Assembly: GCF_039654945.1 (NCBI RefSeq)
Contig: NW_027361676.1
Coordinates: forward strand, 41,292,001-41,356,000
Source of the DNA: Dendrobates tinctorius
Lineage: Eukaryota
Direction: 5' to 3'
DNA: 64,000 nt
This document shows positions 12,623-25,544 of the stretch, piece by piece. The translations under genes were made by a program, and so were the position numbers. The notes beneath the pieces are model-generated. The model had not been told where the DNA came from and did no database searches. It was given only the letters and a program-made list of their open reading frames with translations. How positions within the stretch are numbered: the stretch's first letter is position 1; each line of letters starts with the position of its first letter.

Positions 12623-14071
12623 GAACCATAGCAGAACTGTATGCAGAAAGAAATAGTAACAAAAACAGGATCAGAGACTCTCTGGTCAGACAGCATACAA
12701 CATTATTTACTTCACTCATTGAAGAACTGGTTCAATGCTAAATGACTTAGGCAACATCCTGAGAAAAGCAAAAGATCAGCCTATCAATTTTTTTTCCTTC
12801 AGTCCTGACAGTTTATAGACATTTGTGTTTAATAACACGTTTTACCCATCTTTGTTCAAGGCTCTTCAATGGGAAAACCCATACAAAATCTACCATGGTA
12901 TATGGATGAACCCCATTTTGATTCTATGAGGTACATTACACAATATATCCGCCATTATAGCTTCCTTTATTGAAATCACAACACAGTAAAGGTTTTTCAC
13001 TTTACTGGAATCTCGACCTGACCAGTTCACAAAGTAATTTGGATTATAGAAAGGTTGCAGTTATGTTATGATACAATTATAATTTGCTAAAAAAGAGATA
13101 AATACCTTGTAAAAATCCCTGAGCTCCCCTTATTCCACTGCCCTTTTTTGTTTTATGCTGTCGCCCCATTGCAGAGATATACACATTTGTTGCTTTTGGA
13201 GGACACTATGTGAAATCTCTACTTGTAGACTAACTGGGCGTTTCTTCGGAATCTTCTCTGCTTGCGTTTTCACCCCTCCCAGATAATGTCAGTCACAGCT
13301 CGACAGCTTTTTAGACTATATGAACAACTTCACAGCTGTGATTGGCAGCATCTGGGAGGGAGGCGAGAAAGCGCACGCCCCTAGAGGAGACTCTGAAGAA
13401 ATGCCCAGTTGATCTGCATTTCACATAGTGCGCTGCAAAAACAACAAATGTGAATATCTGTGCAACATGGTAACCCAACGCAAAATGGAAAAGAGAGACA
13501 GAATCAGGGGAACAAAGGATTGTTTACAAGGTATTTAACCTAATTTTTTGACTGGTCCTTAGTGTTGAGCATTCCGATACCGCAAGTATCGGGTATCGGC
13601 CGATACTTGCTGTATCGGAATTCCGATACCGACTTCCGATATTTTTTCAATATCGGAATTCGGCATCGGAATCGGAAGTTCAGTTGATTGACGGCCTGAC
13701 GTCATCATGATGCGCGGTGTGTGCGCATCATGATGCGCCGTCATTTCGGGCCTTCCGGGGGTCTCTGCCGGCCTGCCGGGGGGCTGTGTGGACTGCCCGG
13801 GGTCTGTACCGGCCTGCCGGGGGGCTGTGCCGGCCTGCCGGTGGTCTGTGCACCCTGTGGGGGTCTGTACCGGCCTGCCGGGGGGCTGTGCCGGCCTGCC
13901 GGGGGGCTGTGCTGATGTCCGGGGGTCTGTGCAAGCATCGTCCGATGGGACTACAAGTCCCATCGGGCGATGCCTGCTACCATGACAGTGATTGACACAT
14001 TAGCCAATGATGGGACAGTAGTAGTCCCATCATCCGGCTAATGTGTTAAATGTTAAAAAAAAAAAAAAAAA

Positions 14072-14800
14072 ATACTACATGCATGCTACATACATACTAC
14101 ATGCATGCTACATATATACTACATACATACTACATACATGCTACATACATACTGCATGCTACATACATACTACATACATACTACATACATACTACATACA
14201 TACTACATATATACTACATACATACTACATACATGCTACATACATACTGCATGCTACATACATACTACATACATACATACTACATACATACTACATACAT
14301 GCTACATACTGCATGCTACATACATACTACATACATACTACATGCATGCTACATACATACTACATATATACTACATACATACTACATACATGCTACATAC
14401 ATACTACATACATACTACATGCATACTACATATATACTACATACATACTACATACATGCTGCATGCTACATATATACTACATGCTACATACATACTACAT
14501 GCATGCTACATACATACTACATATATACTACATGCATGCTACATACATACTACATACTACATATATACTACATACATACTACATATATACTACATACATA
14601 CTGCATGCTACATACATGCTACATACATACTACATACATACTACATACATACTACATGCATGCTACATGCATGCTACATGCATGCTACATACATACTACA
14701 TGCATGCTACATACATACCACATACATACTACATGCTACATACATACCACATATATACTACATACATACAATACATTCATACAATACATACATAGACATA
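14072..14800 (+). repeat. Compound (TACA/TAC/TGCA)n microsatellite, left arm of the palindrome
   Basis: tacatacatactacatgcatgc... read directly; explains the spurious H/T/Y ORFs. Confidence 0.95.
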
Positions 14801-15409
14801 CAGTACATATAACATAGAGTAACATACTTACCAATACTTGTCACATTGTTCCCCGAAGCCATTGTCTATTCCGGGATAAATATTAACATAACAAACCACA
14901 AAAATACTCACCCACGATCCGAAGCAGTCCACGAGTGTGTCCCACGACGATCTTGGGTAGAGAACGGCAGCATCAGATGATGCTGCCGTTCTCTACGGGC
15001 TGCAGGAATCCAATGACGGAAGGTAGGTATCCTTCCGCACTGTATTCCTCCGCCACTTAAAAAAAAAAAGTCCCTAGTCTCACTTTATGCCATTGCTGTG
15101 TGGGAATTTCCCACACAGCAATGGCATAAAGTGAGACTAGGGACTTTTTTTTTTTTAAGTGGCGGAGGAATACAGTGCGGAAGGATACCTACCTTCCGTC
15201 ATTGGATTCCTGCAGCCCGTAGAGAACGGCAGCATCATCTGATGCTGCCGTTCTCTACCCAAGATCGTCGTGGGACACACTCGTGGACTGCTTCGGATCG
15301 TGGGTGAGTATTTTTGTGGTTTGTTATGTTAATATTTATCCCGGAATAGACAATGGCTTCGGGGAACAATGTGACAAGTATTGGTAAGTATGTTACTCTA
15401 TGTTATATG

Positions 15410-16092
15410 TACTGTATGTCTATGTATGTATTGTATGAATGTATTGTATGTATGTAGTATATATGTGGTATGTATGTAGCATGTAGTATGTATGTGGTAT
15501 GTATGTAGCATGCATGTAGTATGTATGTAGTATGTATGTAGTATATATGTAGTATGTAGTATGAATGTAGTATATATGTAGTATGTATGTAGCATGTAGT
15601 ATGTAGCATGCATGTAGTATATATGTAGTATGTATGTAGTATGTATGTAGCATGCATGTAGTATATATGTAGTATGTAGCATGTAGTATGTATGTAGCAT
15701 GCATGTAGTATGTAGCATGTAGTATGTATGTAGCATGCATGTAGTATATATGTAGTATGTATGTAGTATGTATGTAGCATGCATGTAGTATGTATGTAGC
15801 ATGTAGTATGTAGCATGCATGTAGTATATATGTAGTATGTAGCATGTAGTATGTATGTAGCATGCATGTAGTATATATGTGTTATGTATGTAGCATGTAG
15901 CATGCATGTAGTATGTATGTAGTATATATGTGGTATGTATGTAGCATGCAGTATGTATGTAGCATGCATGTAGTATATATGTAGTATGTATGTTGCATGT
16001 AGTATTTATGTAGTATGAATGTAGCATGTATGTAGTATGTAGTATGAATGTAGCATGTATGTAGTATGCATGTTGTATGTATGTAGCATGTA
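15410..16092 (-). repeat. Compound (TGTA/GTA/TGCA)n microsatellite, right arm of the palindrome
   Basis: Reverse-complement counterpart of 14072-14800. Confidence 0.95.
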
Positions 16093-17220
16093 ATTTTTTT
16101 TTTTTTTTTTACATTTAACACATTAGCCGGATGATGGGACTACTACTGTCCCATCATTGGCTAATGTGTCAATCACTGTCATGGTAGCAGGCATCGCCCG
16201 ATGGGACTTGTAGTCCCATCGGACGATGCCTGCACAGACCCCCGGAGCCTGCACAGACCACCGGCAGGCCGGCACAGCCCCCCGGCAGGCCGGCACAGCC
16301 CCCCGGAGCCTGCACAGCCCCCCGGCAGGCCGGCACAGCCCCCCGGCAGGCCGGCACAGCCCCCCGGAGCCTGCACAGCCCCCCGGCAGGCCGGCACAGC
16401 CCCCCGGCAGGCCGGCACAGCCCCCCGGAGCCTGCACAGACCACCGGCAGGCCGGCACAGACCACCGGAGCCTGCACAGACCCCCTGGCAGGCCGGCACA
16501 GCCCCCCGAAAGGCCCGTACAGACCCCAGAGAGGCTGTACAAGGGCAGGAAAGGGTTTTTCTTATTCCGATACCGGAAGTCCCATAGACTTGAATGGGAC
16601 TTCCGGTATCGGAATCGGCGATACCGATACTTTTTTTAAAGATCGGCCGATACCATCCGATACGATACTTTGAAGTATCGGACGGTATCGCTCAACTCTA
16701 CTGGTCCTCTTTAACAATTGTACCCTCCTTAGTATTAGTGAGGTGCAACTGAAACAACATATTATACAGTGTTCTGCATACAAGGAAAGCGAGTTAAGTC
16801 TCTTCACTTTCATTATACCTACCACATAATATACAGACTCTCAGCAGGAATAAGCCTCACTGGTATTAATGCTGTAAATCTGAGGAGGGTGAATACACAA
16901 CACTTTGGCATATATAACCCACTCATATCTAAGCTCAGATCGAGCCACTTGTGCATAATAAAATAACTTGTAAACTCTATAGCCAAGAGCAGAACCACCG
17001 TGTGTATAACAGGTGCACGGCACAGATGCCAAGTGGCTGCATACAGTACAGAAACAATGCAGCTCCGTGCTGCTTCTTATAGAGACATCAAAGTGACACT
17101 CCCCAGGTGTCCTGGCTCCGCTACCGGCAGAATTGCTTTGTGGTAATACACTGCCATCACCTACAGCCCTGCTCATGTTACAGGTCCATTCTATGGCATA
17201 TTAATCAAGAAGTTCATTTA

Positions 17221-17700
17221 CAGTGGGTACAGAAAGTATTCAGACCACTTTAAATTGTTCACTCTGTTTCATTGCAGCCATTTGGTAAATTCAAAAAAGT
17301 TCTTTTTTTTCTCATTAATGTACACTCTGCACCCCATCCTGATGGAAAAAAACACAAATGTAGAAATGTTTGCAAATTTATTAAAGAAAAACTGAATTAT
17401 CACATGGTCATAAGAATTCAGACCCCCTGCTCAGTACAGAGTAGAAGCCCCCTTTTGAGTAGTACATCCATGAGTCTTCTTGGGAATGATGCAACAAGTT
17501 TTTCACACCTGGATTTGGGGATCCTCTGCCATTCTTCCTTGCAGATCCCCTCCAGTTCTGTCAGGTTGGATGGTGAACGTTGGTGGACAGCCATTTTCAG
17601 GTCTCTCCAGAGACGCTCAATTGGGTTTTGGTCAGAGCTCTGGTTGGGCCAGTCAAGAATGGTCAAAAGTTGTTCTGAAGCCATTCCTTTGTTATTTTAT
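17221..17700 (-). mobile_element. Truncated Tc1 copy (one end plus transposase C-terminus)
   Basis: TA|CAGTGGGTACAGAAAGTATTCAGACC; minus-strand ILDWPNQSSDQNPIERLWRDLKMAVHQRSPSNLTELE; parallels the first ~480 bp of the adjacent full copy. Confidence 0.85.
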
Positions 17701-17745
17701 TGCACATACAGTGACAATTTGTCATCTCCTCCTGTATATAGGATA

Positions 17746-19371
17746 CAGTGGGTACGGAAAGTATTCAGACTCCTTTAAATTTTTCACTGTTTCATTGCAG
17801 CCATTTGGTAAATTTAAAAAAGTTCATTTTTTTCTCATTAATGTACATTCTGTACCCCATCTTCACTGGAAAAAAAAACAGAAAAGTAGAAAATATTGCA
17901 AACTTATTAAAAGAGAAAAACTGAAATATCAGTCATAAGTATTCAGACCCTTTGCTCAGTATTGAGTAGAAGCACCCTTTTGAGCTAGTACAGCCATGAG
18001 TCTTCTTGGGAATAATCCAACAAGTTTTCACACCTGGATCTGGGGATTCTCTGCCATTCTTCCTTGCAGATCCTCCCCAGTTCCGTCAGGTTGGGTGGTG
18101 AATGATGGTGGACAGCCATTTTTCAGGTCTCTCTAGAGATGCTCAATTGGGTTTTGGTCAGGGCTCTGGCTGCGCCAGTCAAGAATGGTCACAGAGTTGT
18201 TCTGTGACCATCCTTTGTTATTTTAGCTGTGTGCTTAGGGTCATTGTCTTGTTGGAATGTGGACCTTCGGCCAAGTCTGAGGTTCAGAGCAGTCTGGAAG
18301 AGGTTTTCATCAATGATATCTCTGTACTTGGCTGCATTCATGTTTCCTTCAATTGCAACCAGTCACCTTGTCCCTGCAGCTGAAAAACACCCCCATAGCA
18401 TGATGCTGCAACCATCATGTTTCACTGTTATGATTGTAACGGGCAGGTGATGAGCAGTGCCTGGTTTTCTCCACACATACCGCTTAAAATTATCACCAAA
18501 AAGTACTATCTTAGTCTCATCAGACCAGAGAATCTTATTGCTCATAGTCTGGGAGTCATTCATGTGTTTTTTAGCAAACTCTATGCGGGCTTTCATATGT
18601 CTTGCACTGAGGAGAGGCTTCCGTCAGGCCACTCTGCCGTAAAGGCCCAACTGGTGGAGGGCTGTGGTGATAGTTGACTTTGTGGAACTTTCTCCCATCT
18701 CCCTACTGCATCTCTGGGGCTCAGACACAGTGATCTTGGGGTTCTTCTTTACCTCTCTCACCAAGGCTTTTCTCCCACGATTGCTCAGTTTGGCTGGACA
18801 GCCAGGTCTAGGAAGACTTCTGGTGGTCCCAAACTTCTTCCTTTTAAGGATTATGGAGGCCACTGTGCTCTTAGGAACCTTGAGTACTGCAGAAATTCTT
18901 TTGTAACCTTGGCCAGATTTGTGCCTTGCCACAATTCTGTCTCTGGGCTCCTTGGCCAGTTCCTTTGACCTCATGATTTTCATTTGGTCTGACATGCACT
19001 GTGATTTGTGAGGTCTTATATGGACAGGTGTGTGCATTTACAAATCAAGTCCTATCAGTTTAATTAAACACAGCTGGACTCCATTGAAGGAGTAGAACCA
19101 TTTCAAGGAGGATCACAAGGAAATGGACAGCATGTGACTTAAACATGAGTGTCTGAGCAAAGGGTCTGAATACTTATGACCGTGTGATATTGTAGTTTTT
19201 CTTTTTTTAATAAATTTGCAAAAATTTCTACATTTCTGTTTTTCAGTCAAGGTGGTGTGCAGAGTGTTCATTAATGAGAAAAAAAATGAACTTTTTTCAA
19301 TTTACCAAATGGCTGCAATGAAACAAAGAGTGAAAAATTTAAAGGGGTCTGAATACTTTCCATACCCACTG
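17746..19371 (-). mobile_element. Full-length Tc1 element (IR/DR type), degenerate
   Basis: TA|CAGTGGGTACGGAAAGTATTCAGAC...GTCTGAATACTTTCCATACCCACTG|TA; ~200-bp IRs with an internal AAGTATTCAGACC direct repeat; 1,626 bp. Confidence 0.92.
17956..18974 (-). pseudogene. Tc1 transposase pseudogene
   Basis: MRSKELAKEPRDRIVARHKSGQGYKRIS (paired-like HTH), [21 protein letters not shown]; split over several frames. Confidence 0.9.
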
Positions 19372-20819
19372 TAGAAATTAATTTAAGGAAGCTAATACGT
19401 TTTATTAACTGTCTATTTTCTGTAGCCAAATACATGTGAAGAATATGTATATATATATTGTAAATAATAAAGTGGATTTTACAGTTTTACAGAGCTGTAA
19501 AATTAATAGAACATTTTTAGATGTGGAATCATCAGTATCTGTTCAGGGAGGAGGTGGGAGGATCAACACGTTATTGCCCTTTCACTTGGCTCAGATCTAT
19601 GGGAAGTTGGACCCCCACCTATCAGTTATTGGTGCTCTATCTTAAGGATCCCTTTAATTTGCATTTTAAAACATAATACAAAAAAATCAGTTAGTTAGTA
19701 AGTAAAAGTGATGGAATAATTTTTAGTATTGTATATATTGCATTATCTACTATTTTCTACTGTTTAATAGCCCATGAGTTTCTGTCTCCATCAACAGTGT
19801 TATATTGCCAGTGAAGCACTGTTAAAAAAAAACCCAGAAAGCTCATGTTTAGGCCAGTTTCACAAGTCCGTTTATTTCCTGTACTGGAAAAAACAGTACC
19901 GGAGATGTCCGTGAGTGTATTACTTGCGGCACACTTGTGGCAACCGTGTGCCGTCCGTATGCCGCATCAGTGCCACATGGACGGCCGCCAGAGTAGAAAT
20001 TCTAGTCAGCGCTGTTCCCCAGCAGTGGGTCCTGAAGATGGCTCTCATCATTCTCCCCTGCTCTGCCAGCGATCGGCGCGAGCAGAAGAGAATGATGAGA
20101 GTTATATTAAAGTCATAACGATGACAGCAGGTGGGGGCTTTTGGGACTATTACTGCCATCGTCTGATACCTGCTGCTAATAACAGTGACAGCAGGAGCGT
20201 ATGATTGGGGTATTCCTCACCCGCCACCTGCGATATAACTAAATAAATGAATGAAAAACCCGGAGTGAGTTCCCCCTATTTTCTTTAACCAACCAGGCAA
20301 AACTCATAGCTTGGGGCTGCAACCCTCAGCTGTCAGCTTCAGCAAGGTTCATTATCAAGAATAGAGGGGTCCCTATGCTCTTTTTTAATTATTCAATGGG
20401 TCCCCCCCATTTTTGACAACCAGCCTTGCTAAAGCTGACAGCTGGGGGCTGGTTACAAGCCAGACACTTTGCATCACACTTACATGTGTGACTGGCATCC
20501 TATGCAAGCCTTATCTATGTGCATTTTTTCTACTTGGCATCCAACCCCTCCATGGTCTGGTAGGTGTGGGGTGGTTGTTTTTATCAGTAGTCTGCACCTG
20601 AGCTGTCCCTTGCCTTTATCAGTGGAGGCCTGCTATATGTGCATTTGTCATCAGACAGGGTTTTGGGAAGGCCATATCCTGTGGTATGAGTTTTTTGAAT
20701 TTTTTCTATGTTAGCTGAGATAACTTTGACCAAGGTTTCTGACCTTAATTAGACTGTTAGGGTTATGGCTTCTTCACTATCATCGCTAGGAAAGACCAGG
20801 TGATGCAAATTTTCCAGCT

Positions 20820-22461
20820 TCATAAAAACCCAGCCTCCTTGTGCCAAAAAACAGCAGCCATTGGTTCTTCTAAGCAGCTGCCTAGCACTCTGAAAATGAA
20901 AATGATGGCGGCCCACAAAGCAGGAGAAGGCTATAAGGAGATAGCAAAGCATTTTCAAGTTGCTCTTTCCTCAGTTTGAAATGGCAGTTAACAGGAACAG
21001 TGGACGTCAAGATAAGGTTTGAAAGTCCATGAAAAATTTTAGTGAGACCTGCTTGTAGGATTGCTAGAGAGGTAAATCAGAATCCCCGCTTGACTGCGAA
21101 AGACCTTGAGAAAGATTTAGCAGACTCTGGAGTTGTGGTACATTGTTCTACTGTTCAGAGACACCTGCACAAGTATGGCCTTCATGGAAGTGTCATCAGA
21201 AGAAAACCTCTCCTGCATTTTCACCATAAAATTCAGTGTCAGAAGAATGCAAAAGAACATAAACAAGCCTGATGCATTTTGAAAACAACTACTGTGAACC
21301 GATGTGGTTAAAATAGAACTTTTTGGCCACAATGATCAAAGGTATGTTTGGAGAAAAAAAAAGCACAGAATTTCAGGAAAAGAACATCAAGCCAACCATT
21401 AAGCATGGGGGTGAATCAACCATGCTTTGGGGTTGTGTTGCAGCCAATGGCCTGGGAACATTTCGCAAGTGGAGTAAAGAATGGATTCAATGAAATTTCA
21501 AAAAATTCTTAATGCAAACAAAACACCATCTGTAAAAAGAAAAAAAAGCCGAAGTTGAAAAGAGGATGGCTTCTACAAATGGATAATGATGCTCAACTCA
21601 CATCAAAATCCACAATAAACTTCCTCCAGAGGCTCAAGCTGAAGGTTTTACAATGGCCCTCACAGTCCCCTGATCTGAACATCATTAAAAATCTGTGGCT
21701 AGACATCAAAGTAGCAGTGTACAAATGTCAAATGTCCACTCAAGGTATCTTACCAACCTCAATCTAACCATAATAAACAACATCCCATATACATAAATAG
21801 GGATAAAGAGGCATAGGCAATAAAATACGTTAAAACTGCATATTTTATTCAAAATATATTAAAATATATAATATATCTGACAAGGAAAAATTTGTCAAAC
21901 AGGTTTTTAAGCTGGGAATGAACAAAGGCCAGTAATAGTAATGAAAGGCAGCAGATAAATCGCAAATACTGTATAGTAATGGGACCTTGTGGAGTAATTA
22001 ACTGTTGTGAATCCTGTCTGCAATAGTAAATAAAGTGCATCGTGCTAATACATTGCAAGACTAAATTATCACGGAATTATAACTATGGTCAAAGACAGAG
22101 TATATGAAAAAGACTGAGACATAAGGTGCATAAGTGCATTAAGGTAAAACACTGCCACAAATGAAAATCACAAAATTACCTACATAGATGTCTCTCCTGG
22201 CCTAAGGCACACCGCAGCACCGTTTCGCCTGACCGGCTTCCTCACATATACCCCCATTTGCATTGGTCCATTTTCCTTTTTGTGATTTTTAAAATGTGAA
22301 AGTTGGGAAAAAAAAATATAGATATATATATTGCCTAAAATACAAAGGAAATGTGTCATCTTTAACTTTAGACCTTTTAGAGATCATTTCATCTTCAATT
22401 TGCTAAACTGTTCACAATAACAGTCATTTTGCCCAAGGATGCCCAAACCTTTACGTGCCAC

Positions 22462-22463
<2 letters not shown>
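20820..22463 (+). mobile_element. Degenerate Tc1 element, interrupted at ~21722-22245
   Basis: AHKAGEGYKEIAKHFQV, QNPRLTAKDL, QMDNDAQLTSK, QWPSQSPDLNIIKNLW; right end ...CAAACCTTTACGTGCCACTG followed by TG/(TA)n. Confidence 0.85.
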
Positions 22464-22508
<45 letters not shown>

Positions 22509-22673
22509 TGTTCAGCAGCTGGACAGTACAGAGATTATGGACCCAGAAGCCAAGAAAACAAAAGACATAGAGAACAGCCCTGAGGAGTGAGAACAACAGT
22601 GTATTAAGAAGAAGAAGCAAATATGTCTTCCATCAGCATCTCTGTGAAGTTCACAGTGCCAAATCTGACAAAG

Positions 22674-23067
22674 GGTACCGTTACACTTAGCGATGCACCA
22701 GCGATCCCGACAACGATATGGATCGCTGGTGCATCACTAAGTGGTCGCTAGTGAGCTGTCACACAGGCAGATCTCACCAGCGACATCGCTGGGGTCGGGG
22801 GTCGCTACTTACCTGTCAGACTCGGCGATCCTGACGTCCTCCCGCCCGCGTTCACGCGTCGCTCGTCGGCGCCACAGGAAGCCCAGCAGGAAGCGCCCGA
22901 CAAGAAATGGTCCAGGCCGTTCTTGCGCGATCAGCGATAGCCAGCGGGGGAACTGGTCGGAGGTAAGTATCACATGTAGCGATATCGCTAGCAATATCGC
23001 TGCTACATCACAAAACCAGTGACGTTACAGCGATATTGCTAGTGATATCGCTATGTGTAACGGGTCC
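22674..23067. mobile_element. Harbinger-like MITE (ATCGCT-rich family)
   Basis: GGTACCGTTACAC...GTGTAACGGGTCC|TTA; same family as 57405-57810 (opposite orientation). Confidence 0.8.
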
Positions 23068-23330
23068 TTAACCAGAACTGCCAATCCTGGAATTCAAGTT
23101 AAAGATGCTGCTGATAAGAGAAGGTACGTGGAAATACACACAAGGGTCTAGACCTGACTCACTACCAGAAAACTGGGTAGAGAAGGATCAAAAAGCACAA
23201 ATCTCCCTTAGTAAACATTTTGATCAGATTGTGCATGTATGTAAAGTAAATGTGGAACTGCAAACGAAATGTGGGAACAGCTGTAGAAAGTGTGTAAGAA
23301 GGAAGGCCAGACCACGGTTACCTATACTAA

Positions 23331-23935
23331 AGCCCCCGTTACACATAACAATGTCCCAGCGATCCCACCAACGATCCGACATGATGGGATCGCTGGGTCA
23401 TCGTTAGGGTATGTGCACACGTAGTTTTTAGGTGCTGCGGATTTCTCCCCGCAGATTTTGTAAAATCTGCAGGTAAATTTCAGGTCAAAAGACCTGCGGT
23501 TTACCTGCAGATTAGGCTGCGGTTTTGCCCTGCGGTTTATCACCTCCACAATGGAGGACATGGTAAACCGCAGCATTGTCATTTCTTTCTGCGGATTTGA
23601 AACCGCAGCAAAACCGCGCGGAAAATTCCGCGGCATGTGCACAGCGGTTTCCATTTTACATAGAGTAAAATGGTGCTGTACAACGCAGCAGATTTTGCTG
23701 CGGACCCACAGGGCCAGAAATGCTGTGGATCTGCAGTAAAATCCGCAACGTGTGCACATAGCCTTAGGCTGATCGCTGGTGAGCAGTCACAAGACAGCCC
23801 CTCCAGCGATCAGGACCAGCAACGCTGGATGCTGGTTTCTAATGCAAACGTCGGGTATCCAGGAGCCACGGCCAGCGGGAGACCAGCGATCGAAAAATGG
23901 CCCAGGCCGATGCTGCACGATCAGCGATAACCGGC
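23331..23935. mobile_element. ATCGCT-family MITE fragment hosting a nested MITE
   Basis: TAA|AGCCCCCGTTACACA left end; the sequence resumes after 23766 (gatcgctggtgagcagtcac...). Confidence 0.65.
23407..23763. mobile_element. Harbinger-type MITE (GG.TATGTGCACAC family)
   Basis: GGGTATGTGCACACGT...ACGTGTGCACATAGCC with perfect TTA TSD; same family as 40198-40555. Confidence 0.9.
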
Positions 23936-23989
23936 AGGGGGGGCGGTCGCTGATCCCCGCCACACACAGCGATGGGGGATGGGGCCTTA

Positions 23990-24692
23990 AACCGGGTACA
24001 GAACTGTTGAGGCTGCATCCCATGTTGTCCGGGGGAAGGCAAAAAGGCCCGGACAGATGCTCTGACCCGGAAGCTGGGGGCGCGGTTACAAGTGAAAGCG
24101 CGCGTAGCGTCAGGCAGTTTCCTGCCAGCAGTGACAGAGGCAAGGTGCGTGTGCAGCGTTCTCCGTGGGGTGCGCAGCCAGGCCGTAATGACACGCAGTC
24201 GATCCGACACCAGGACACTGCCAGAGCGCACCGCAGTAGCAGGGAGAGAGCCGGGAGTCCTGTTCAGCTGTGCGCCGCACATCAGCTTAAGAGACAGTGC
24301 AGGGTGCAAGACTGTTTGCTGCTGCCCTCTCTACCGGATATTGCCACGCCGCTCGACCAGGACCCTGACCAGTACTGTGGCCTTCTTTGCGTTGGCCAGA
24401 AGACGGACCACCTTTGCTGCAGGACCTCATTAGACAAGCACCGCACCAGCCGTTGTTGGTGCTACTGACTTCCAAGCATCATCTACAGCCTGAGAAAACT
24501 CTGACGCGATGTGTTTGAAAGAACTGTCGTTGCCTTGTTCATTGTACATAAACTCCGTATATCCTTTACAAATGAGCTTTTCATTCCCTCATTTAACTGT
24601 TTGTCTCCCTGTGAGGAGAATCCCATTGTTAAAATAAATTGTTAACCCTTGCTTTGCCTTTCGTGCATCACTGCATACCGCAACCTGCTCAT
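23990..24692 (+). mobile_element. Possible truncated LTR
   Basis: GC-rich body followed by AATAAA (~24634) and a U5-like tail; no TSD found. Confidence 0.3.
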
Positions 24693-25544
24693 AAGTGCAT
24701 GAAAGGATAAAACTTAGCAATAAGCTCTATTTAATGAGAAAGTGTTATCAGTCTAAGCTAAATAAGGCCAAGATATGTAGTATTACATAAGAAATACTCT
24801 AGAAATTGTGGCGCGCCTGCGGGGCATTGGGGGAACATCTAAAGGATTTCCATGTTGCATTACTACTAATAAGTGAAATGAAAAAAACAAGAAATGGAGT
24901 AATATACAAAATATAAAATGTATCAAAAAACTTTATTGAACAATTATAAATACATATAGAAAATCACTGCAATTTAGGTGTAGCTCATGCTGCCATGATG
25001 TACACAGAGCCGGAGAAGGAACTATCAGGTCCGAGTAAATGATACACTTATATGTCAAAGTGCTTACCCATGATGTGGATATAAGTATGCCAAGGAGCCA
25101 GGCACGATCCCGCCGCGCGTTTCATCTTGGCTTTGTCAAGAAGGGAATTCTTGTTATGTTATGATTAGAGTTGAGCGAAACGGGTCGAAAAAATTCAAAA
25201 GTCGCCGACTTTTGGCAAAGTCGGGTTTCATGAAACGAAACCCGACCCTAGGATGAGGTCGGTCACGAGGTCGGCGACTTACGCACCAAAGTCGCGTTTC
25301 AAAAGTTTGTTTTGCGCTCTTTTTCAGCCAATCAGGATCCACGGACACTGTGGGCAACGTGATGACATAAGCACGGGTCACCACCATCTTTCAGAAGGGC
25401 ATGCAAGTGATTGGCTTGCTTTGGTGGGCGTCACAGGGGGTATAAAAGGGCGTGCACGCCGACCGCCATCTTACTTCTGCCGATCTTAGTATAGGGAGAG
25501 GTTGCTGCTGATTCTGTAGGGAGAGCGTTAGGCAGGGAAGAAGA

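Larger units (their letters stand above)
13560..16700. mobile_element. Non-autonomous hAT element forming a ~2.8-kb internal palindrome
   Basis: TIR TAGTGTTGAGC...GCTCAACTCTA; perfect 8-bp TSD CTGGTCCT (13552-13559, 16701-16708); CGATAC subterminal repeats; inverted arms centred on T15107. Confidence 0.92.

Noticed and set aside
13559-13995. Overlapping Pro/Gly/Arg/Cys-rich ORFs (also 16123-16639)
   Set aside because: Translations of the ~21-bp GC-rich minisatellite in the palindrome arms.
14043-16121. Long His/Thr/Tyr-rich ORFs (up to 255 aa) in all three frames on each arm
   Set aside because: Artefacts of a stop-free TACA microsatellite inside a non-autonomous hAT.
23779-24468. 229-aa GC-rich ORF
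   Set aside because: Spans a MITE/LTR-like junction, starts at a non-ATG codon and shows no motif.
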